From a bacterium OM1 bin76 (lineage in GTDB: Bacteria; Actinomycetota; Acidimicrobiia; Spongiisociales; ZC4RG35): a DNA stretch of 64,000 nt. Below are positions 20,484 to 29,782 of this stretch, one piece after another; position 1 is the stretch's first letter; the number at the start of each line of letters is the position of its first letter. The notes beneath the pieces were generated by a model. The model was given only the letters and a program-made list of their open reading frames with translations. It searched no databases and had not been told where the DNA came from. Made by a program: the position numbers and the translations under genes. The stretch is from NCBI GenBank assembly GCA_002238785.1, contig MPNA01000003.1, positions 7,368 through 71,367 on the forward strand. Direction: 5' to 3'.

Positions 20484-20948
20484 ATGGCAAATAACTACAA
20501 CGCGGTGACCGTAGTCGGGAATCTGGTGGAGGATCCCGAACTCCGTTTCACCACCGCGGGAATACCGCGGGCCAATATCCGGGTGGCAGTCAATCGGAGC
20601 TGGCGTGATCCGAACAACGAGTGGCAGGAAGAGACCAGTTTCTTCAGCGGAACCGTCTGGCGTCAATACGCCGAGAATGTCGCCGAGTCCCTTGAAAAGG
20701 GAGCCAGAGTGATCGTTACCGGCCGCCTTCAGCAGCGTCAGTGGGAAACGGCAGAAGGTGAACGCCGCTCGGTGATTGAAATCAGGATCGAGGAAGTCGG
20801 GCCCGCGCTTCGATTCGCGACCGCCGACGTCCGGCGGACAACCCGCGAATCTGGAGGTAGTTACTACGAAGGGTCACAACGGCCCTCCCGTCCTCCAGCT
20901 GCTCCCGCCAAGCCCTCCGCTTACCAACAAAACGAAGAGCCGTTCTAG
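20484..20948 (+). CDS. ssb: single-stranded DNA-binding protein
   Basis: MANNYNAVTVVGNLVEDPELRFTTAGIPRANIRVAVNRSWRD... is an OB fold. The C-terminal tail is Gly/Pro-rich and ends EEPF. Confidence 0.9.
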   Translation: MANNYNAVTVVGNLVEDPELRFTTAGIPRANIRVAVNRSWRDPNNEWQEETSFFSGTVWRQYAENVAESLEKGARVIVTGRLQQRQWETAEGERRSVIEIRIEEVGPALRFATADVRRTTRESGGSYYEGSQRPSRPPAAPAKPSAYQQNEEPF

Positions 20949-20960
20949 GGGAGGAGCGTT

Positions 20961-21227
20961 ATGGCACGCAAAGCATCACCCCGCAGACGCCCCCGTTCGG
21001 GATCGGGCTACCGCAGACTCAAGAAGAGGTCCTGTTACTTCTGCGACAACAAGATCCGCTACGTCGATTACAAGGACATAACGTTGCTGCGCAGATACAT
21101 CTCCGATGCCCGCTGCAAGATCCGGGGAAGACGCTCTACAGGAAACTGCCAGCGGCATCAGAATGCCGTGGCACGAGCCATCAAGAACGCCCGCGAAATG
21201 GCGCTTCTGCCCTACACCAACCTATGA
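20961..21227 (+). CDS. rpsR: 30S ribosomal protein S18
   Basis: [67 protein letters not shown]. Confidence 0.9.
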   Translation: MARKASPRRRPRSGSGYRRLKKRSCYFCDNKIRYVDYKDITLLRRYISDARCKIRGRRSTGNCQRHQNAVARAIKNAREMALLPYTNL

Positions 21228-21685
21228 GCGCCCGGCTGATCCTCACCGAGGACATCGCCGGACTCGGCTACAAGGGAGAGGTGGTGGAGGTGGCTCCCGG
21301 GTACGCCCGCAACTACCTGATACCCCGCAGGAAGGCAGTCAAAGCCACTCCCAAGGCCATTGCCCACATACAGGCCCTCAAGCAGGCCAAGCTGGCCGAA
21401 TACCTTCGGAGGAAGACACAGGCCGAACAGGTAGCCACCAGGCTGGTGGGCAAAATGGTGGTGATCGCCGCCCGCGCTTCTGACGCGGGAAACCTGTACG
21501 GTTCCGTGGGCTCCAAAGACGTTGTAGAGGCAGTGCGTCGGGACACCGGATTCCAACTCGAACCCACCCACGTGGTGCTGGAGGCCCCCATCCGCAAGAT
21601 CGGGGCCTTTCCGGTCACCATTCGTCCCCACGAGGATGTCCAATTTCCGATCACGGTGGATGTCTATCCTGCAGAAGACGATTAA
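21224..21685 (+). CDS. rplI: 50S ribosomal protein L9
   Basis: [39 protein letters not shown]...; the start overlaps the rpsR stop. Confidence 0.9.
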   Translation: MSARLILTEDIAGLGYKGEVVEVAPGYARNYLIPRRKAVKATPKAIAHIQALKQAKLAEYLRRKTQAEQVATRLVGKMVVIAARASDAGNLYGSVGSKDVVEAVRRDTGFQLEPTHVVLEAPIRKIGAFPVTIRPHEDVQFPITVDVYPAEDD

Positions 21686-21697
21686 GGAAAGACTCTG

Positions 21698-22090
21698 ATG
21701 CTGAGTGGATCCAAGAAGCAGGTGCCGTCCAACCGCCCGTGGGACCCGGTGGGCTACTCGAGGGCGGTTCGAGTGGGAAACCTGATCGAGGTGGCCGGCA
21801 CCACGGCCGGGGCGCCGGATGGCTCGGTAATCGCCCCCGACGACATGTACGGGCAGACCAGAGCCTGTCTGGAGATCATCCTGCGGGCACTGGCCAAGCT
21901 GGGAGCCTCGGCCGAGAACGTGATCCGCACCAGGATGTTTCTCACCGATATCTCCCGCTGGGAGGAAGCCGGAAGAGCCCACTCAGAGATCTTCGGCGAT
22001 GTCAAGCCCGCGTCCACCATGCTCGAAGTCTCCAAGTTCTTGGATCCAGGATATCTGATCGAGATCGAAGCCACCGCCGTTTGCGACTAA
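21698..22090 (+). CDS. RidA/YjgF-family reactive-intermediate deaminase
   Basis: EVAGTTAG...MYGQTRACLEIILRALAKLGAS...IRTRMFLTDISRWEEAGRAHSEIFGDVKPASTMLEV. Confidence 0.7.
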   Translation: MLSGSKKQVPSNRPWDPVGYSRAVRVGNLIEVAGTTAGAPDGSVIAPDDMYGQTRACLEIILRALAKLGASAENVIRTRMFLTDISRWEEAGRAHSEIFGDVKPASTMLEVSKFLDPGYLIEIEATAVCD

Positions 22091-22119
22091 CCAGCACAAG
22101 GCAAGAAGCGCCCCGACTC

Positions 22120-23184
22120 TCAGGTTCGGCGGCTTCTGCGAACACCGGGAGGTAGGACCTCCCCCAGCCACGGGGCTGCGGGGAGCAACCCGGTGGCGTT
22201 GTACAGACCCGGCGGCGCCGACAGCACCGAAGGGATACTGTTGACCAGACGGGCAGAAGTTGTCAACACCGCCTGAGTGCCGGGTTGGATGGTGACGTCG
22301 ATGGTGTTCTCCCCTTCGATCCGAATACGGTCCCGGGTCTGGATGCGGACCGAGTCGGGATCCACATGAAGGGACAGGTCAAACCGCAACCACGGTCGAC
22401 CATTCACCGATGCGGTGGCCTCCTGGGTGACTCCGGCAGTCTGACCTGGTGAGATCACGTATTCCCTCAACCGGTAGGACCGATCAGCTATCAGAGGCTG
22501 AACGGTCTCGCTGAAGTGGTCGAGGTCTCGGCCCAGCGCCTCGGCAATGACCTCGGCACTTTCCTCGAAACCGATGTGGCCGCGGATGATTCCCGCCTCT
22601 CGGGCCTCCTCAAAATCCTCCAGAGAGTATCCCACGCCCAGCGAACGATGCACTCGCTGCCCGAAGACCGAGGCGTCCAGCGCCCTGGTCACCGAAATCC
22701 GCTGCACATCCCAGCAAGCCCCGGCGACCACCACCGGCAGGACATCGAATACGAAGCCCGGATTGATCCCGGTGGCGACCACTGCCGCCCCGAAGCGACG
22801 GCAAGCATCCGCTATCTCTTCGCCAGCCGATGCATCCGTAACTTCGGGATAGGCCAACTCCTCGCTGGAAGTGACCACGTTCACCCCCCGGCGCACGCAC
22901 CGGAGGATGTCGTCTTTGACCTCTGCTATAGGGGACCGGGTGGCTATTAGAGCCACCTCCGGCCGGAACCGGTCGAGCAACTGATCGGGGTCGGGGGAAA
23001 GTGCCAGGTCATCGGGGATCTCCCCGGACTTGACTAGCTCCCCAACCGGCGAATTCCCGCCGATCACCGCTGCTACCGGTCGCAGCCACTCTCGGGTCCG
23101 AGCCAGCCGCAGGGCGGCTCGTCCCACGTTTCCCAGACCGAAGTGAATCACTTCCACCGGGCGGCCCTGATGAAGTCCTCTCAT
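22120..23184 (-). CDS. NAD(P)-binding dihydrodipicolinate-reductase-like (amine-dehydrogenase family) protein
   Basis: N-terminal Rossmann motif VIHFGLGNVGRAALRLA and a DapB-like domain arrangement, 354 aa. Confidence 0.45.
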   Translation of the reverse strand: MRGLHQGRPVEVIHFGLGNVGRAALRLARTREWLRPVAAVIGGNSPVGELVKSGEIPDDLALSPDPDQLLDRFRPEVALIATRSPIAEVKDDILRCVRRGVNVVTSSEELAYPEVTDASAGEEIADACRRFGAAVVATGINPGFVFDVLPVVVAGACWDVQRISVTRALDASVFGQRVHRSLGVGYSLEDFEEAREAGIIRGHIGFEESAEVIAEALGRDLDHFSETVQPLIADRSYRLREYVISPGQTAGVTQEATASVNGRPWLRFDLSLHVDPDSVRIQTRDRIRIEGENTIDVTIQPGTQAVLTTSARLVNSIPSVLSAPPGLYNATGLLPAAPWLGEVLPPGVRRSRRT

Positions 23185-23240
23185 GGCAAGTCACTCCTTT
23201 CCCGGCACATTTGCAGATCCCAACTTTCTTGAAACATCGA

Positions 23241-24152
23241 CTACCCGGCGAATAGGCGGCGGGGATTGTCCACCGTCAGCGCGATCGTATCTTCCTCAGT
23301 GATTCCCCGCTCCCTCAACAGCGGAAGGAACCGGGTGATCACATGGTCATACCCCGTCCCGCCATAGGACCTCATGGCGCCTCTCTTCCCTACATCCGTA
23401 GAGAGCAGGATGCGGTCCCGATATCCCTCACCGATCAACCGCGCGATGGCGTCCGCTCTTCTCTCGTCGGTCTGCTTGTCCAGTTGGCCGATAGCATCGT
23501 AAGCAATCCAGACTCCACGCCGGAGCAACTCGATGTGATAGTCGACGTCTGGAGTGGTGTCGACATGCCCGATCACCAGCTTGTCGAGGTTGGCACCGGC
23601 GTCTTCGAACAGCCGCAACTGCTCCATTCCTATCCGCGTGAAGAGAGCGTGGGTTGAGATGGGTACTTCCGTCTCCTGCTGGGCAACGGAGCAAGCCCTA
23701 ATCACCCGCTCCTCGGCGGCAGAGATTCTCCGGTGATGGGTGCCGATCTCCCCCAGGATCCCCGCTCGGATGTCGGTCCCGTAGAACCCCTCAGTCAGAT
23801 CTTTCACCAGCATGGCCACGATGTCGCGGTCGGTCATATCGGTAAGCCAGGGCGGGTGGAATTTCTCCCAGTAGAAGCCCGTCCCTGCAATGATGTTGAT
23901 GCCGACATCTCGCGCCACTTCCCGCAGCGCCACCGGATCGGGCCCGAGCCCATGCACGGTCTGATCGACGATGGTGCTGCCGCCGCTCTGCTTGAAGAAC
24001 CCCAACTCGTAGCGGGCCACCTCCGGGTCGCTCAGAATGAGATGGGAGTTCATGGTTATCTCGTATAGGTCGGAGAACACATGCTCATGCGGCAAGGTCA
24101 AACCCAACTGGTCCGGGGAAATCGGTCCCAGGACGGTCTGGATGGCGTTCAT
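23241..24152 (-). CDS. phosphotriesterase-family (PTE/Php-like) metal-dependent hydrolase
   Basis: GPISPDQLGLTLPHEHVFSDL is the PTE-family HxH metal-ligand motif. 303 aa, typical TIM-barrel size. Confidence 0.7.
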   Translation of the reverse strand: MNAIQTVLGPISPDQLGLTLPHEHVFSDLYEITMNSHLILSDPEVARYELGFFKQSGGSTIVDQTVHGLGPDPVALREVARDVGINIIAGTGFYWEKFHPPWLTDMTDRDIVAMLVKDLTEGFYGTDIRAGILGEIGTHHRRISAAEERVIRACSVAQQETEVPISTHALFTRIGMEQLRLFEDAGANLDKLVIGHVDTTPDVDYHIELLRRGVWIAYDAIGQLDKQTDERRADAIARLIGEGYRDRILLSTDVGKRGAMRSYGGTGYDHVITRFLPLLRERGITEEDTIALTVDNPRRLFAG

Positions 24153-24164
24153 CGGCGACCTGGG

Positions 24165-24938
24165 CTAATACATGACCAGAGCGCCGCTCACATTGATAGT
24201 GGCGCCGCTTACGAAACTGGCGTGTTCGGAGGCCAAGAAGGCAACCACCGTCGCCAATTCCTCGGGATCGCCCATCCGCTGCAGCGGGCACTGGGCGATC
24301 CCGGCTTCAACGATCTCGGGGAGGTTGTCCAAGTGCTGCATGGGAGTGTCGATCTGGCCGGGAGAGATGCAGTTCACCAAAATGTTGTGCGGACCGTATG
24401 CTCGAGCGAAGCCCCTGGTCATGGAGACCACTCCCCCCTTGCTGGCTACATAGACATGACTGCCGTACACCGGTCCGCTCAGCCATGCCCCGGAGGTGAA
24501 GTTGATGATCCGGCCCCCTCTCCCGGTGGCGATCATGGCCTCCCCCACCGCCTTGTTCAAGAAGAAGGACCCTTTCAAGTTCACATCATGTTGAGCGTCC
24601 CAGTCCTCCTCGGTGACATCCCCCAAGTCCTTTCGCCGCAGATAGGCAGCCACATGGGCAAGGGTCCACAAGGGCCCCAACCGCGCCTGTATGTCGGCCA
24701 CCAGCGCCGGCATCGACGCGGAGTCGGCCAGATCGAAAACCACCGGCAAATGTGGACCGGGGCCATCCAGTTCCGACACAACCTCTCTCACCGTTTCCTG
24801 CAGATCCAGTGCGGCGACCCGGGCGCCCAGGGAAGCCATAGTCTGGGCGGTGGCCCTTCCTATCCCGCTTGCCGCCCCGGTTACCAGCACCGCCCGGTCT
24901 TTCAATCCGGCGCCCAGGGACCAGTCCTTTTTGATCAT
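24165..24938 (-). CDS. SDR-family oxidoreductase
   Basis: VTGAASGIGRATA...YVASKGGVVSMTR (YxxxK) ...GATINVSGA. It is a paralog of the SDR at 59698..60477. Confidence 0.8.
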   Translation of the reverse strand: MIKKDWSLGAGLKDRAVLVTGAASGIGRATAQTMASLGARVAALDLQETVREVVSELDGPGPHLPVVFDLADSASMPALVADIQARLGPLWTLAHVAAYLRRKDLGDVTEEDWDAQHDVNLKGSFFLNKAVGEAMIATGRGGRIINFTSGAWLSGPVYGSHVYVASKGGVVSMTRGFARAYGPHNILVNCISPGQIDTPMQHLDNLPEIVEAGIAQCPLQRMGDPEELATVVAFLASEHASFVSGATINVSGALVMY

Positions 24939-24984
24939 GCTTCTCCCGACTCCGTGACCCTGCTTGCTGGTATCCAGCCCCAGA

Positions 24985-27219
24985 TCATTCGGAGGGCATC
25001 CTGAACGGCTGGGGATCCAGGAAACGGTTGAGAACGTTACGACTCACCGCTGCCACATTGTTGTCATACCGGGCGTGGCTGAGACTTCCCGACCAAGCGA
25101 TCGATCCCACCGAGAACACCGCCCCGCCTCCGGGGCTCTCGTAGAACACCATGTCGGCCCGGATACGGTCGGGGTCATCGGGGTTGGTGGGAGGCAGGGA
25201 ATCTACCAGGGAGGTGACCATCAGGTCATAGAGGTTGGAATGGCCCTCCGAGGAGGCCAGTACCAGGGCATGGCGAGGGGTGCCCATGAGAGCGTCGGCC
25301 CGGTCGATCTCGTATCCGGCCGCCCCTCCCATCAGCAACCCGAAGTCGCCGATGAGTTCGTCGTCGACGCCTTGGAAGATGAATGCCGCCCGCTCGTCGT
25401 TGGAGGCCACAGTGCGCCGGTAATAGGAGCACTCGTCAAACCCCTGCGTGATGAAACCCACCCCCAAGAAAGTCTGGGGAGGACGGCCCGCCCAAGACCA
25501 GGTACCCGCCCGCTCACCAGAAAACGACAGATGCCCCTGACTGACATCGGCCGCCCACAACCGGGGAGCATCGGGCCGTCGGACCTCCACAATACCTGAT
25601 CGAGTCGGGTGATAGCCGATCCGCCAGTACCAACCGTTGCCGCCCAGGTACATCATCCGCCCTCCCTGTCTCACATGCTCCTCGGTGGCGTCGAACATCT
25701 CCGTGCTGGTGTACTCGGGATGGGAACTGGAGATGACCACCCGGTATGGCTCCAGGGCCGCCAGGCCTTCCCGGTGCACATCCTCGTCGGTGATCACGTC
25801 AAAGTCATATCCGTCCTCCTCCAGCCACGAGACCAGCAACAGGTCCTGGCAGAACTTGTAGATGCGGCCCTTGGGACGGAAGTTGGTGACCGGGCGGCGC
25901 ATCGAGGAGTAGACCACCGTACTGCCGTCGGTATGGCTGTCGTAGGTGGAGCCACCGATCTCGGGGAACCGCAGCATCAGAAGATCCGTGTCGTCCAGCA
26001 CCGTGAGCCGCCCATGGATCAACTCGTTCCAAGGAAAGACCACCCGCAGACGGAGATTGGCGTAAGCCCCGTAGGTGGCGGTGGACAGCAACAGAACCAC
26101 GTCGGATTCCTTGCCGGATGCGGCTCGCACCACGAATGGAACGTAGAACTCGGCGTCATCTGCCCGCAGGCGGGCGGCATAGCACCCGCTCCTCCAATCG
26201 TCGGGGACGACGAGCGTGAAAGTGGTGCACCAACGGGCGTCATCCACATCGTCGTCGTGGAAGTGGATGGCGCCGTACTGTTCGGTTCCTTGCTGCCAGT
26301 TGTCCGTCTGTCCGGCCCAATTGGAGCCGCCCACCGCCCGGGAGGGGAGGTTGACAGTCTCTCCGTGGCGACCGTTGCCCGACACGTCAGTCACCGACTC
26401 GGTGTCAATTCCGATCGAAAAGTCCCAATCGGCAAATGCGTCCTCCACGGCGGTAGGCCCGGCCACTGCGGATAACGCACCGATGTCTTCTCGGTCTAGT
26501 GTCCGTGCGTAAACCCGGGGCCGCTCGATCCTGCCGTTAAAGCATGCATCGGTGTGCTCCACGCCCCGGTCGTCCACTGCGCGAGCGGCGCCGATGTAGA
26601 GGTTCCCGCTCCCCGTTGAACCGGGTGCCGCCTCTTCCAACCTCTCCCGCGAGGAAAGCTCCACTTCCAAGCGCTGCCGTTCCAGTCCGGCGGCGTGAAA
26701 TTCCACGGTGCCCGTGCCTGGTTCATAGGTGACCGCCACTGCCGTCCAGCGATGCTCGATCACGCTGATGGAACTGGTCACAATGGCGGTGGAATCCCCC
26801 CTCCCCACGGCCAGCGCCAGCGCTCCGTCTTCCAGAATCAGACTTACACCCGAGTCGTCGGTAGCACAGTAGGTACCCACGATGCCCTGCCTACCGGCAG
26901 ACAACAGGGTAGGAAAGACATTGGCGCTCAAGGTGATTCCCTTCCTCAACGGAAGGCCATCGGAAAGCGGAACCCGCACCGCCGAGCCTGGATGGATGGG
27001 CTGCCACTCGGTGGGGTAGTCACTGCAGACTGGGGTATCCAGTTCGATCTCCTTGAAATCGGGGCAGTCGTCTCCCAGACCCACCTCCGGAGCGATGAGT
27101 CGCACGATGTCGACCCGATAGGTCTGCGGCCCCACGCTGCTCACCTTGAACTCGATAGGCTCACCCGGCCGGACGCTTTGCCGGTCGGCATATCCCATGA
27201 CAGCCGCCTTGACGTTCAC
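24985..27219 (-). CDS. N,N-dimethylformamidase large (beta) subunit-like protein
   Basis: 744 aa with an N-terminal LamG/concanavalin-like region and a large C-terminal domain (…SSSHPEYTSTEMFD…GGNGWYWRIGY…). The size and organisation match the DMFase beta-subunit family, but the assignment is from memory, not from a search. Confidence 0.45.
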   Translation of the reverse strand: MNVKAAVMGYADRQSVRPGEPIEFKVSSVGPQTYRVDIVRLIAPEVGLGDDCPDFKEIELDTPVCSDYPTEWQPIHPGSAVRVPLSDGLPLRKGITLSANVFPTLLSAGRQGIVGTYCATDDSGVSLILEDGALALAVGRGDSTAIVTSSISVIEHRWTAVAVTYEPGTGTVEFHAAGLERQRLEVELSSRERLEEAAPGSTGSGNLYIGAARAVDDRGVEHTDACFNGRIERPRVYARTLDREDIGALSAVAGPTAVEDAFADWDFSIGIDTESVTDVSGNGRHGETVNLPSRAVGGSNWAGQTDNWQQGTEQYGAIHFHDDDVDDARWCTTFTLVVPDDWRSGCYAARLRADDAEFYVPFVVRAASGKESDVVLLLSTATYGAYANLRLRVVFPWNELIHGRLTVLDDTDLLMLRFPEIGGSTYDSHTDGSTVVYSSMRRPVTNFRPKGRIYKFCQDLLLVSWLEEDGYDFDVITDEDVHREGLAALEPYRVVISSSHPEYTSTEMFDATEEHVRQGGRMMYLGGNGWYWRIGYHPTRSGIVEVRRPDAPRLWAADVSQGHLSFSGERAGTWSWAGRPPQTFLGVGFITQGFDECSYYRRTVASNDERAAFIFQGVDDELIGDFGLLMGGAAGYEIDRADALMGTPRHALVLASSEGHSNLYDLMVTSLVDSLPPTNPDDPDRIRADMVFYESPGGGAVFSVGSIAWSGSLSHARYDNNVAAVSRNVLNRFLDPQPFRMPSE

Positions 27220-27554
27220 GCTTCCGCTCCGGGGTCGGCGCCGAACATCTCCTCCCAGCGGCGCCGGAAGACAAAAAACTCCGCGTCTTCGATCGATGTG
27301 AAGACATGTTCAGGCAGTGTCTCGGTATTCAGCGGGAAGGTGTCGCTAAAGCGGGCCAGCGTCCATTCCGAGTGAGGGCCGGTCAACTTCAGGAAGTACT
27401 TTCCGGTGATGGGGCCGCCTCGCATGTAGTCCAGGAGAGCCTGCAGGTCTGGCGAATGCTTGCCGAAGGGCTGCCGGTGAAACTCCTCCCATAAGTCGAG
27501 CCGCGACCCGTCAATGCCGGCAGGGAGTCGGGGACGTTTCAAGAAGTCTGACAT
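27216..27554 (-). CDS. small hypothetical protein, candidate DMFase small (alpha) subunit
   Basis: 112-aa ORF whose stop overlaps the start of the large-subunit-like gene (ATGA coupling). No family recognised; the assignment rests on position and size only. Confidence 0.3.
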   Translation of the reverse strand: MSDFLKRPRLPAGIDGSRLDLWEEFHRQPFGKHSPDLQALLDYMRGGPITGKYFLKLTGPHSEWTLARFSDTFPLNTETLPEHVFTSIEDAEFFVFRRRWEEMFGADPGAEA

Positions 27555-27733
27555 GGTGTGCGTCCCCCCATCTTAAACCACATTTACGAGATCGGTCCCG
27601 GGAGAGCAAACATTTTGCAGATTTCCCTCAAAGTTTTCATGGCATAGCAGAGTGGGTTGGCTCGTCGGCTCTTATTCTGCCTTAAACAAGGTTTGTCCGA
27701 CGATTGGACATTCATTACCCCCAAGGAGCTTCT

Positions 27734-29605
27734 ATGAAGAAACTACTTACGCTATTGGCCATCCTGGCCCTGGTTGCCACAGCCTGCGGAGGTGACGACA
27801 CCTCGGCGGCTGATGCGGAGGCGGAAGCGGCCGCACGCGCCGCAGCTGAGGCACAGGCTGCCCAAGCACAGGCAGAAGCAGACGCTGCGGCAGCCGATGC
27901 CGCGGCCGCGGCCGAAGAGGCTGCGGCAGCACAGGCTGCCCTGGACGAAGCCATGGCCGAGTTGGAAGCCACCAAGATGGCCGCCGACGAAGGTGACGAG
28001 GCGGCGCAGGCAGCGTTGGCGGAGGCAGAGGCGAAGGCGGCCGATGCGGAGGCTATGGCAGCCGAAGCCGAAGAAGCAGCGGCCATGGCCCAGCAGGAAC
28101 TGGACGAGGCTGCTATGGCCATGGAAGAGGAAATGTCCCTCCATGGCGGAACCCTGGTCATCGCCCAACCAGGCGACCCGACGGGTCTGCATCCCAACCG
28201 GTTCGGATCCACCAACGACCGCAACATCATCACCAACATGTATGACACGCTGGTGGAGTTCGACCTGAACACCTACGAGATCGTGCCGTCGCTGGCCACG
28301 GATTGGAGCGTGTCCGAGGACGGCCTCACCTGGACCTTCAACCTCCGGGAAGGCGTATCCTTCCACGATGGCTCCCCGTTCGGCGCCGAAGACGTGGTGA
28401 CATCCATGTCCCGGGCGCAGGAACCCGAATCGGGACGCACCGCCTCGCTTCTGACCCGCGTGTCAGAAACTGTGGCGACCGGTGACCTGACCGTGGAGAT
28501 CCGTCTCAGCGAGCCCGACCGCATCCTGGCCAGCACCCTGGTGGATGTGTACATCTCGCCGAGGGATCCCGACATCGATCTGAACGAGACGCCGATCGGC
28601 ACCGGTCCCTTCAAGTTCGTGGAGTGGGAGCGGAACCAGCAGGTGGAAATCGTGCGCAACGATGACTTCTGGATGGAAGGCCTGCCCTACCTGGACGGAA
28701 TCATCTACACCACGGTCCCCGACGGCACGGTGCAGTCGCTGCAGATCCGCACCGGCGAGGTCGACATGCTCGCCTCGACACCTTTGGGAGACATTGGTGT
28801 GTTGCAAAGCGCCGGTGTGCAGATTCTCGGCCCGGCTGCGGGCTTCAACTCGGGGCTCTATCACTTCCATGTGAATACCCGTCGCGACCCGTGGTCGAAC
28901 CCGTTGGTCCGAAAAGCTGTCAGCATGGCCCTGGACCGCCAGGCCTTGCAGCGCAGTTTGTTCGGCTTCATGCAGATACTCTCCAACCCGATGGAAGCCA
29001 ATCCCGCCTTCTTCAACCCGGATGCAGCTTCCTACAACACGCCTGACTTGGAAGGCGCCAAGGCCCTGATGGCCGAGGCCGGCTATCCCGACGGGTTCGA
29101 CGGTGGAGAGATGATCAACTGCAGCCTGGGCTTCCAGTTCGATACCCTCGCTCAGGGAGTTCAGAGCCAGTTGCAGAACCTCGGCATCGAGGTGTCTCTC
29201 AACCTCATGGATGTGGGCACCTACGTGAACCGGACGCTGATTGCCTTCACCCAGGACCCGGACAACTTCGGCAACTTTGACCTGGCACTTTGCGCCATGG
29301 TTCCCAAGCCGGACGAGTACGACCTGATGAACCATCCCTACAACAAGCTTTTCACCGAGACAATGGGATGGATCGACACCAGGCCCGAGTTCTTCGAATT
29401 GCTGACCAATGCCCGGTCCATCGCCTCCGACGAGGAATACACCGAAGCGATGCACCAGTTGCAGATGTGGGCTATGGAGGAACAGCCCCAGATCGTGATC
29501 GGTGGACGGGTGACACCCATTGCGGCGGCCGGCAACGTCCACGGCTTCATCGCCCATACCCAGGGACATCTGTTCCTCACCAATGTCTATAAGACAGACG
29601 GCTAG
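27734..29605 (+). CDS. ABC transporter substrate-binding lipoprotein, family 5 (peptide/nickel/Opp type), copy 1, with ~110-aa Ala/Glu-rich linker
   Basis: MKKLLTLLAILALVATACGG (lipobox), then an A/E low-complexity stretch, then an SBP_bac_5-like domain (TLVIAQPGDPTGLHPNRFGS...YDTLVEF...). AAGGAG ribosome-binding site 5 nt upstream of the ATG. Confidence 0.8.
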   Translation: MKKLLTLLAILALVATACGGDDTSAADAEAEAAARAAAEAQAAQAQAEADAAAADAAAAAEEAAAAQAALDEAMAELEATKMAADEGDEAAQAALAEAEAKAADAEAMAAEAEEAAAMAQQELDEAAMAMEEEMSLHGGTLVIAQPGDPTGLHPNRFGSTNDRNIITNMYDTLVEFDLNTYEIVPSLATDWSVSEDGLTWTFNLREGVSFHDGSPFGAEDVVTSMSRAQEPESGRTASLLTRVSETVATGDLTVEIRLSEPDRILASTLVDVYISPRDPDIDLNETPIGTGPFKFVEWERNQQVEIVRNDDFWMEGLPYLDGIIYTTVPDGTVQSLQIRTGEVDMLASTPLGDIGVLQSAGVQILGPAAGFNSGLYHFHVNTRRDPWSNPLVRKAVSMALDRQALQRSLFGFMQILSNPMEANPAFFNPDAASYNTPDLEGAKALMAEAGYPDGFDGGEMINCSLGFQFDTLAQGVQSQLQNLGIEVSLNLMDVGTYVNRTLIAFTQDPDNFGNFDLALCAMVPKPDEYDLMNHPYNKLFTETMGWIDTRPEFFELLTNARSIASDEEYTEAMHQLQMWAMEEQPQIVIGGRVTPIAAAGNVHGFIAHTQGHLFLTNVYKTDG

Positions 29606-29622
29606 GTCCCGCTAGAGAAACC

Positions 29623-29662
29623 GAGGAGAGAGGAGACGCGTTACAGGGTTCCCTCTCTCCTC
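29623..29662 (+). terminator. stem-loop downstream of SBP copy 1 (GAGGAGAGAGG ... CCTCTCTCCTC), putative intrinsic terminator without U-tract
   Basis: Perfect 11-bp inverted repeat read from the sequence. Confidence 0.35.
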
Positions 29663-29782
29663 CCACACCTTCGTTATAAATTCGCCTCTTTTCTGGAAGC
29701 ATGACCTACACATCGGTTATTCTGACTCCTAGAGGTTTAATGACAGTATGACTAAATGCCCGATGACAAAGGAGCGATCCAG

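Noticed and set aside
22091-22140. Hairpin after the RidA-like gene as a bidirectional terminator
   Set aside because: The inverted repeat is imperfect (AGAAGCGCC / GGCGGCTTCT) and overlaps the 3-prime end of the convergent gene. It is too weak to call.
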